Source: Gemmata obscuriglobus | Lineage (GTDB): Bacteria; Planctomycetota; Planctomycetia; Gemmatales; Gemmataceae | NCBI RefSeq assembly: GCF_008065095.1 | Contig: NZ_CP042911.1 | Location: 360,001-392,000 of the forward strand | Length of the DNA: 32,000 bases | Direction: 5' to 3' | In this document: positions 30,684 to 32,000 of the stretch, piece by piece | How the letters are laid out: each line of letters starts with the position of its first letter | Numbering within the stretch: position 1 is the stretch's first letter | Notes under the pieces: model-generated | What the model saw: the letters and a program-made list of their open reading frames with translations, nothing else | Told to the model about the DNA's origin: nothing | Database searches by the model: none | Made by a program: the position numbers and the translations under genes

Positions 30684-32000
30684 CGCGCCAGCTGCCCGCA
30701 TTCGTGTGCGCGGCCCTGGCCGCGACGGTCGCCCTCGTCCCCGGTTGCTCGCCGGCGGCGCAGAGGCCGGTCGTGATCGGGTCGAAGAAGTTCACCGAGT
30801 CGGTGATTCTGGCGGAGATGGGAACGCAACTCGCCCGCGCCGGCGGGGCCGAGGCCCGGCGCGACGACCTTGGCGGCACCCCGGCGCTGTGGCTCGCACT
30901 CACGCAGGGCGACATCGACGCGTACCCCGAGTACACGGGGACCATCACCCGGCAGATCCTCAAAGACGACCCGCCGGACCTCGCCGCGGCGCTCGCGGCG
31001 CAGGGCGTCCGGATCAGCAAGCCGCTCGGGTTCCGCAACAACTACGCGCTCGGGATGCGGAAGGACGTGGCCGCCGCGAAGGGCGTGCGGAGTATCTCGT
31101 ACCTGCGGCAGCACCCGGAACTGCGGTGCGGGTTCATTCACGAGTTCCTCGACCGCCCCGACGGGTGGCCCGGCGTCAAGCGGCACTACGACCTGCCGCA
31201 AACGGACGTGCGCGGGATGAACCATACGCTCGCGTACCGGGCGCTCGTCGAGCGGGCGATCGACGTGACCGAGGTGTACACCACCGACGGCGAGATCGCC
31301 CAGTACGACCTGCTCGTGCTCGACGACGACCGCAACTTCTTCCCGGCCTACGAAGCGGTCTGGCTATACCGCGCGGACCTGGAATCGCGGCACCCCAAGG
31401 CGGTCGAGCAACTGCGGCGGCTCGAAGGGCGCGTCACCGAACCGCAGATGCAGCGGATGAACAGCCTGGCGCAAGGCGAGCAGAAGAAGGACGAGCGCGA
31501 GGTCGCCGGCGAGTTCCTGACCCAGACCTTGGGGGTTACGGCCGGGGCAACGGCCGAGCCGGGCGACGGGACGCTCGCCGGGCGCGTGCTGGAGACGACG
31601 CGCGAGCACCTCAAGCTGGTGCTGCCGTCGCTGCTCGCGGCGGTGCTGGTCGCGGTGCCGCTCGGCGTACTCGCCGCCCGGCGGCCGGCGCTCGGACGGG
31701 TCGCGCTCGGCGCGACCGGCGTGCTTCAGACGGTCCCGTCGCTGGCGCTCCTGCTGTTCATGATCCCGGTGATGAAGTGGCTCGTCGACGAGGGGACGGG
31801 GCCGGCCCCCGCGATCGCGGCGCTGTTCCTGTACAGCCTGCTGCCGATCGTCCGGAACGCGCACGCCGGGCTGACGAGCATTCCCGCCCCCCTGCGCGAG
31901 TCGGCCGCGGCGCTGGGGCTCTCCCCGTGGGCGATCCTGTGGCGGATCGAGTTGCCGCTCGCGGCGCCGACGATCCTCGCAGGCGTGCGCACCGCGGCCG
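30680..32000 (+). CDS. Fusion of a lipoprotein-type quaternary-amine substrate-binding domain (OpuBC/OpuCC-like) with an ABC permease; 3'-truncated by the window edge
   Basis: This ORF is not in the supplied track because no stop occurs before the window end. I translated it by hand from the GTG at 30680, which overlaps the ATPase stop (GTGA). VTRQLPAFVCAALAATVALVPGCSP is a lipobox. VVIGSKKFTESVILAEMG and GDIDAYPEYTGTI are typical of PF04069-type betaine/choline binders. From about 31600 it has TM helices and the permease region (LQTVPSLALLLFMIP.., LYSLLPIVRN, ESAAALGLSPWAILWRIELPLAAPTILAGVRTA). Confidence 0.85.
   Translation, partial: MTRQLPAFVCAALAATVALVPGCSPAAQRPVVIGSKKFTESVILAEMGTQLARAGGAEARRDDLGGTPALWLALTQGDIDAYPEYTGTITRQILKDDPPDLAAALAAQGVRISKPLGFRNNYALGMRKDVAAAKGVRSISYLRQHPELRCGFIHEFLDRPDGWPGVKRHYDLPQTDVRGMNHTLAYRALVERAIDVTEVYTTDGEIAQYDLLVLDDDRNFFPAYEAVWLYRADLESRHPKAVEQLRRLEGRVTEPQMQRMNSLAQGEQKKDEREVAGEFLTQTLGVTAGATAEPGDGTLAGRVLETTREHLKLVLPSLLAAVLVAVPLGVLAARRPALGRVALGATGVLQTVPSLALLLFMIPVMKWLVDEGTGPAPAIAALFLYSLLPIVRNAHAGLTSIPAPLRESAAALGLSPWAILWRIELPLAAPTILAGVRTAA

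Noticed and set aside
1-32000. A search by eye for tRNA, rRNA, tmRNA or RNase P signatures, transposase or integrase genes, prophage genes, reverse transcriptase (retron/DGR) and toxin-antitoxin pairs.
   Set aside because: I found none. There is no GGTTCGAATCC-type T-arm, no rRNA-like conserved blocks, and no ORF with DDE, tyrosine- or serine-recombinase, or RT motifs. The absence rests on manual inspection only; tRNAscan-SE, Infernal and HMM scans would settle it.

Overview
This is a GC-rich bacterial chromosomal window, roughly two-thirds G+C by eye. The gene content suggests a Planctomycetota, Gemmata-like genome, which is an inference. That content includes an S1 sulfatase, a DUF1559/H-X9-DG prepilin-like protein, a HYExAFE protein, a TPR protein with two RpoA alpha-CTD-like domains, and a very long fused SecDF.

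I call 29 protein-coding genes; the last is cut by the window edge. Most are core functions:
- tgt-yajC-secDF, glgC and hisS
- a NUDIX hydrolase, an M50 protease and a GNAT acetyltransferase
- an Rrf2 regulator divergent from a protoglobin
- a tightly packed egtB-egtD-DUF427-ABC operon (ATPase plus a substrate-binding/permease fusion)

I saw no rRNA, tRNA, CRISPR array, transposase, integrase or phage genes.

The structure that genes do not explain lies in the intergenic DNA:
- At least four sequence-unrelated kinds of 75-145 bp composite palindromes occur. Each arm is built from tandem 7-9 nt sub-repeats. Two of the kinds are present in three copies each.
- These elements fill whole intergenic gaps. 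One ends 3 nt from the tgt start codon and another supplies the stop codon of a gene.
- Two copies of one family bracket a decayed tandem duplication that contains a pseudo-fragment of the downstream isomerase gene.
- A roughly 1 kb non-coding region with an AT-rich core lies at 3295-4310.

The candidate system I would follow up first is the ergothioneine biosynthesis genes co-arranged with DUF427 and an OpuC/EgtUV-type transporter. The zinc-ribbon membrane protein plus HYExAFE (PD-(D/E)xK-like) pair downstream of hisS comes second.

The many long R/G/P/A-rich ORFs antisense or off-frame to recognised genes are rejected as high-GC artefacts. All family assignments come from motif and sequence recognition by eye, not from database searches.
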